Part shown: positions 61,701-64,000 of the stretch, piece after piece
How positions within the stretch are numbered: the first letter of the stretch is position 1
Layout: every line of letters begins with the position of its first letter
Source: Candidatus Aenigmatarchaeota archaeon
Lineage (GTDB): Archaea > Aenigmatarchaeota > Aenigmatarchaeia > QMZP01 > JAFGSV01
Assembly (NCBI GenBank): GCA_016934325.1
Contig: JAFGSV010000004.1
Span: 11,538-75,537, forward strand
Length of the DNA stretch: 64,000 nucleotides
Reading direction: 5' to 3'
Position numbers and translations under genes: made by a program
The notes under the pieces: generated by a model
What the model was told of the DNA's origin: nothing
The model's database searches: none
What the model saw: the letters and a program-made list of their open reading frames with translations, nothing else

Positions 61701-64000
61701 CCCAGTTCCGTCTATGTTCGTCATGTTCGTGTCCCTGAATAGGTTGTGGCTGCAATGGTCGCCAGTGCCGGAAGAGGATATCCATATGCCATAGTTTGAG
61801 CTCTTGTTCACCTGGTTGCTATCGAAGACATTGTAGTCCGATTCCCCGATACGAATGCAGGCGTGAGAGCCGCCGGTGGAGCAGTTCCAAATGCTGTTAT
61901 TGCTGACTATGCTGTTTTGGATTGCCCGTTCGAAATAGATTCCGTAAAATAAATTCGAATGTATGTAGTTTTCTGTTATTGTGTTGGAGTATGATTGTGT
62001 GTACAGGGATATTCCGTCGTAAATGTTGGAATCGATGGTGTTGCCCTTTATGGTGTTGTTGTGTGAACCGTTGTACAAACGTAACCCATAAGCCGAGTTA
62101 GATTCAATGGTGTTGCCCTCTATGGTGTTGAAGCTGTCGTTTTGGTCTAGGTATATCCCGCTCTTAGTATTCGATGTTAAGGTGTTGTTCATTATGGTGT
62201 TGCTGTCTGAAAAGAAGTTCAGCTCGATGCCCTCTTGAGAGTTCGAATTAGCCGTGTTGTTCGATATGGCGTTCAAATGGGACCAAAATAAGTGTATCCC
62301 GTCAAATCCGTTCGAGCTTGCGTTGCTGCCCGTGATGCTGTTGTTGAAACTGTAGTATATGTATATCCCATGCTCGTCGTTCGAGGTTGCGTTGCTGCCC
62401 GTGATGCTGTTGTTGAAGCCACTTCGGATGTAAAACCCATACGTGTTGTTCTGGCCCGTGCTGTTTAAGATCGCGCTGTCGTTGACATACCTGAAATACA
62501 CGCCGCTGTCCCATTTGCTGATGTTGCAGTTCATTATGGTTATGTTGATGAATTCGCTGCCTTCCGACGAATTGGCGATTATCCCGTACGTGCCCGGTTC
62601 CGATGATCCCCTGATTGAATGGCCTGAGCAGTCGAGGGTCACATCGCTGACGTTGATTGTGAAGCATGTGCCCTTGTCCCAGTCGTATATGCCCGCGTTC
62701 AGGGAGTAAACCCCGGGAGCAGTGATGTTGGTGCAGTTCGTCACGCTCATCCCAGCCGATATCTGCACCGTGTCGCTGGCGTTGAGTACATCATAGCCCT
62801 GCGACGAGCCGTTGCACTCGACGCTCCAGGAATAGAGGCCTGCTGACGTGAAGCTCCTGTCGAAGTAGTAAATGCAGCCGGACTGGTTGTAGGTCATGTC
62901 GAAAGGCCCGAACGGGGTCGCGTTGAATGAGATGTTGCAGTAGACGTCCCACTCGCTTATCGATTCGTTTGAGGTGGTGTTCGTGAAATTGGCGAAGAAG
63001 TGCAGCGACTCGTTGGCTCTCACGGTCTTGCCGCCATAAGGCATCCCCGGGTCCGTCTCGTCCCAGATCGTCATGTTCGAGTTCGATCCCGTGGTATAGT
63101 TGGAGAAGCCCTCGGCCTGGAACAGCAGCGTTCCCGAGCCATAGCTCTGTATCGTGCAATCCGAGCATATGGCGCCGTCACTGTAGATGAGGGGTGACGA
63201 TAGATAGGGCAGCGATGTCAGGGTGAGGTTTACTGTATCGTTGAGCGTCGAGTTAAGGTTGGCGGGATTGGCCCCCGCAAGGTTATGGCCTATGAATACG
63301 TTCGCGTCGAAATCCTGGCCGGATATGTTTACCTTGCCGATCCATTCGATCCTGCCGGCCGAGGCGTTCTCGAGCCAGAACCCGGACACGTTCCCGTAGT
63401 CTATTATCCCGTAGTTAATATCCTTCCCCGTATATTTGGTCAGAGTCGGCATTATCCCGTTATAGACCGTAATTTCCTGGGTGTATGAGCCAGTTTCCGC
63501 ATTGTCGCCGTCGGAGCAGTTCATGGCCCATGAATAGATGCCTTTTGGTAATGTGGCGTTTATTTTATTTGTCAGGCTCTTGGAAATAGAGCTCTGATTC
63601 GACTGGTACTTGGAGCCATCCAGTAAAAGCGTGCAGTTTGATATCTGGGCTAACCCGGTCACATTGAATTTGAAATCGATGGCCGAGGCCGAGCTGATTG
63701 CCGTCCTGTTCGTCGGATAAACGAGCACTATCGTCGTCAATGTCGTGTTCAGATAGAATGTGAAGTTGTTCGCTGACCAATTGCAGTTATGGTAAGTGTC
63801 GCATGCGAAGCAATTCCATTCATAAGTCCCTTCGTTGAGTGTTTTGCTGAAGGTAGTTGTGTTGACCTTGCCTGAAATGCTCTTGGTCTCGTTGGCGGCC
63901 CATTCTCCGGACAGGTTGCCCCAAAGGGTGACGTTGAGAAGAGCCCTGTTGTCCATCGCCGTGCAGTTGAAAGTCACTGCCTCAGTGCCAACCGTGCTCC
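52746..64000 (-). CDS. Giant (>3743 aa, N-terminus outside the window) glycosylation-sequon-rich surface protein with 3 beta-helix modules, LamG-like, Kelch-like and discoidin-like regions, and a C-terminal TM anchor
   Basis: A single ORF with no in-frame stop between 63977 and the window end. Beta-helix modules lie at ~62745-61600, ~61290-60350 and ~58215-57270. LamG-like region at ~60230-59560 (LVFNRSLSSEEVLALY). Kelch-like at ~59300-58400. F5/8-C-like at ~55780-55380. TM at ~53190-53080. The cytoplasmic tail is basic. Confidence 0.85.
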   Translation of the reverse strand, partial: STVGTEAVTFNCTAMDNRALLNVTLWGNLSGEWAANETKSISGKVNTTTFSKTLNEGTYEWNCFACDTYHNCNWSANNFTFYLNTTLTTIVLVYPTNRTAISSASAIDFKFNVTGLAQISNCTLLLDGSKYQSNQSSISKSLTNKINATLPKGIYSWAMNCSDGDNAETGSYTQEITVYNGIMPTLTKYTGKDINYGIIDYGNVSGFWLENASAGRIEWIGKVNISGQDFDANVFIGHNLAGANPANLNSTLNDTVNLTLTSLPYLSSPLIYSDGAICSDCTIQSYGSGTLLFQAEGFSNYTTGSNSNMTIWDETDPGMPYGGKTVRANESLHFFANFTNTTSNESISEWDVYCNISFNATPFGPFDMTYNQSGCIYYFDRSFTSAGLYSWSVECNGSSQGYDVLNASDTVQISAGMSVTNCTNITAPGVYSLNAGIYDWDKGTCFTINVSDVTLDCSGHSIRGSSEPGTYGIIANSSEGSEFINITIMNCNISKWDSGVYFRYVNDSAILNSTGQNNTYGFYIRSGFNNSITGSNATSNDEHGIYIYYSFNNSITGSNASSNGFDGIHLFWSHLNAISNNTANSNSQEGIELNFFSDSNTIMNNTLTSNTKSGIYLDQNDSFNTIEGNTIESNSAYGLRLYNGSHNNTIKGNTIDSNIYDGISLYTQSYSNTITENYIHSNLFYGIYFERAIQNSIVSNNSIWNCSTGGSHACIRIGESDYNVFDSNQVNKSSNYGIWISSSGTGDHCSHNLFRDTNMTNIDGTGVVMTDDSGSSNFNNTFLNFTYANETVNLNSTLIRRWHYRAYVNDSAGNGITGAAVSAYNGSGALIESLTTASDGWTPTGSLIEYINSGGTNHYYSTSNYTVYANKSGYVNASETHNVSLELNIMNDYFQLIGSLPGDIDNCTNITSPGVYSLNAGIHDWDKGTCFTINVSHVTLDCEGHDVQGNLEQGTYGILANSSTGTDLTNITIINCNFSLWDRGLYLRHVNNSVIMNTTSMNNTVHGVSVENCSFINLTGITASKNVLIGIALSSGSYKNTITNTTANENVFAISISSSTNNTIENVTSCCNDFGVYLSSNADGTIINKGNIYSNIDTGIYLSSMKRSTINDNRIWNNSQFGLFLSSSGGSPGQNIIYNNFFNNTNNTQIGGTILSNHFNTTLNCTAGPNILNGSCMGGNFWASPDGSGHSQTCLDMHGDGICDTWLNLTSGNVDFLPLTDVFPAPDIMFVYPAPDNGSKVSGTGILMNVTANSSASNISLIMDFDDSLINWWRFDDVNQTGEGALVIDYMNNDNGTAKGNASQTDAGRMGKGFDFDGDGDYVHVDAFAGNNSLEGTYAFWLYYRNYRNLNVFLVGDNDHLNPVIADSSGSMRIRIYNTTNDGCTLDVSCPSIPIDTWVFYVFTYDSTRGVIYRDGTFCAEDTDVIPPFISTAELFIGSDGVMPDRYINGTMDDVLVFNRSLSSEEVLALYANQSSRYLTREFTQLAEGQHRFKGYVQDMGGNVNSTETRFVTLDATSPAVALVHPPEGYIWATSSTVNFTFNVTDTNNVTNCTLIIQETSNATLQNVSVLNALPTACDNPYSWNNGTHIFGICGTENWTHNPAETDVPTNYTFIYDIASNTVSQGPTKTWPMDREGCARINVTTFACGGGTNGSYTNKTYFIDFANNISWAAGAELPDEIYNVHACSNGTYVWFMGGRNSTAGAGGGQNSIWRWDLSDGEVIDTGNELPSSDYSYSLLIDVGPADERCFLINGKNSSDNFDTIVLFNKTSQTASIVANSPHGSYGAAGVLVGDWVYYQMGLFNWTSGPIWDLNASRFNINTYTVQNISGDFGKVVTDAQVWDDINKQVISIGGTVDLGWVSADIRKLGVYGIIENTTTSVLKNINQTFRQAMGNGDYYWEVSCMDDYGNRGESEGWNISVAFSPPSNVTDCMNITSPGVYYLNNSVSSEVTCFNITSSDVTFDCQGHEIVGSKFLNSRGIQVEGLSGNHLRNLTIANCHAKNWYTGFHIHYVDFSYILNCSTYNNTECGIQFQTSSNNTVIDAVSHDQSNGIEIKDFSHDNKLDGITVWENSNGIYVKLNCHRNSLTGINATHSSIGIFVDSNFDTNITNSTVSYNNYGIRLYSSHRGRITNNTITNNSASGFFISNEAGWAGPNNIFENFLNNTNNALLVGLTAINNWNTTLDCFGSGKNIMGGPCLGGNFWAHPNGTGFSENCSSQTNGICDYGLSLNENNTDFLPIVLSWSSAEWDYWNLTNHTSGGPLGNGLSFTRDQALNASAHWILQDGPEEAKVRHNGTGDFEDYYIPGPYAGNWTNYTLNLSDTGEFVRGGQIEVKHIYVLAGLNSNQTSPSAWFFLWANASVASASIDHDVILNGTSNRMICYVADSHSSAALIGYNVSFFMNDTYIGSNMTDSDGRAAFSFNDGTDGEAWYVVKCNITDQPSLYYNASAQNELEENMTVIEFAIDASASDSQPDYGDLIILSANVTTDLQSEVDSVWAEINYSNHTADVSDSMKLSNSSYTDADGCRYWNFTNSSLLPSRSGSHAVRMFANLSLDGRVVHSDISFDVGFGKISAHFIHQNYRILVNQSFNYSVEVTASDGDVLDLNLTLNSTGGSVINVSGVLPPKSVEYMLNGSTHSFGWDVLTSSGGITRLALEAVPGNGTNTTGMMSHEVVLPVAFASPESASVETNVVLNAYVAGNVSDVSSVSAWFKREFAGYIEEVGLEMNGSANESYCFGAAGSGNVASMSQGSYADCTLTDCNLSINEDFDDYWTGVGGSGEQWLEIIMNKTSTINMVNLLWSRAAGFGDPNVSVFYKETDAGAWVPVMQNISAPEGAKSWDNLSGFVPFKAKRIKVNFSEGGIIKIYELQALTPSGIQGLCYLYSGDFANTNMSGNHSITAHASTGAGNSSSEESMLFLEYGTLSVTAYVWALINGTSYTYHVARVSVLGGDARNVSVNMSLGNSSLVNISSMNPLTYDSLKCYGCNYSAPSSYKDVYYTLGAINLGATVSMIDANSTTGRGMNGTGSASLQVILSDPYPPEIQGFHFQHGCTGEKAHIRYANMYYDACGWLEVVENLTGIKEANASLTFPDGSTYGSLGMTKFNESGNVSWWTLDLGNVLPLSMMGEYNISFFASDYGGKNTTSNTTKNFNNTLNVTDEYTVNLTNNHSMYNRGENLVFFALDVNNHTVASLNWTVNVTIEGVQNFTNGTVNPYEYAAGPDLEGAVSIELNVSGNDNSGYARLDFGVSSAVYPYFISPSSGSEFTASSVIYSNVSIRNERSETLGHICTLNLTCPNAVLSMSGGPPDTYLDISGSCKAHSSAGQSFTLGLSATDAFNNSGTGLVTLSTKSEGNGGNGDTGTGSPGSGIGIAPMVNCSNLCTGWLDVACGLGNCTSEQVYQKRDCQVTTGVCPAERCVYSDQCLEKLGFDFHLSEYEATIKQGEDHKVRVSANNTGNVRTIISIVTESGCSEVSLQDALELEAGDSADLFMNMHVPLSQAIGECEVNVTFMSGISRRTKALKATVSENELIRELQDNENALAEIERQMLDLVSSGIDVSVLSGLKSSAAQLGANARTDITSDDIDSLRVDVRNMANFIAEMNSAIPMLLIYKFLLDNRYILALIIIMTTIITYLVTQVLLPSSRLGKEITGLIKHEKELIQTRVNTEKQYFRRQIDEATFNKILVKKQEEILKTRALMTSKKKERGIIITKGLSPGAMLSWLASGPKRLARRKKPKTETRKDSGRSMVKE

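Overview
Archaeal chromosomal segment. The informational genes are of archaeal type: eL19, uL18, uS2, aIF2-gamma, aIF5B, TBP, Orc1/Cdc6, a ThrRS with the archaeal editing domain, FtsZ and gyrBA. Genes are densely packed and GC-rich, and many have strong GGAGG-type ribosome-binding sites about 6 nt before the ATG. By eye, several AT-rich accessory islands interrupt this backbone. (1) 8.9-10.45 kb holds a three-gene cassette (two unknown genes plus a stand-alone Mrr-like nuclease) bracketed by TTATTAGCAAA-type repeats. (2) 30.56-32.1 kb holds a class-II-like Fic gene between two tRNA-Leu genes, one of which carries a 35-nt intron in the T-arm. (3) 41.2-48.25 kb is a tRNA-Gln integration hotspot with three copies of the tRNA 3' end. 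It contains a DUF4258/DUF2283 toxin-antitoxin pair, a methyltransferase fragment, a tyrosine integrase with an excisionase, a K+-channel-like protein and a P-loop kinase/HD hydrolase operon. The last 11.2 kb is one uninterrupted minus-strand ORF of more than 3743 aa that runs off the window. It encodes a sequon-dense, multi-beta-helix/LamG/Kelch-like/discoidin-like surface protein with a C-terminal membrane anchor, followed by a KaiC-like ATPase and two DUF5679 zinc-ribbon mini-genes. This is my best candidate for an undescribed cell-surface system. Two SD-preceded mini-ORFs below the ORF-track cutoff also stand out: a 40-aa Cys/Lys peptide built on a perfect 39-bp direct repeat, and a 29-aa polybasic bS22/mS38-like peptide. 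No rRNA and no CRISPR array were seen. Function calls rest on motifs I can read in the translations. No database search was run.
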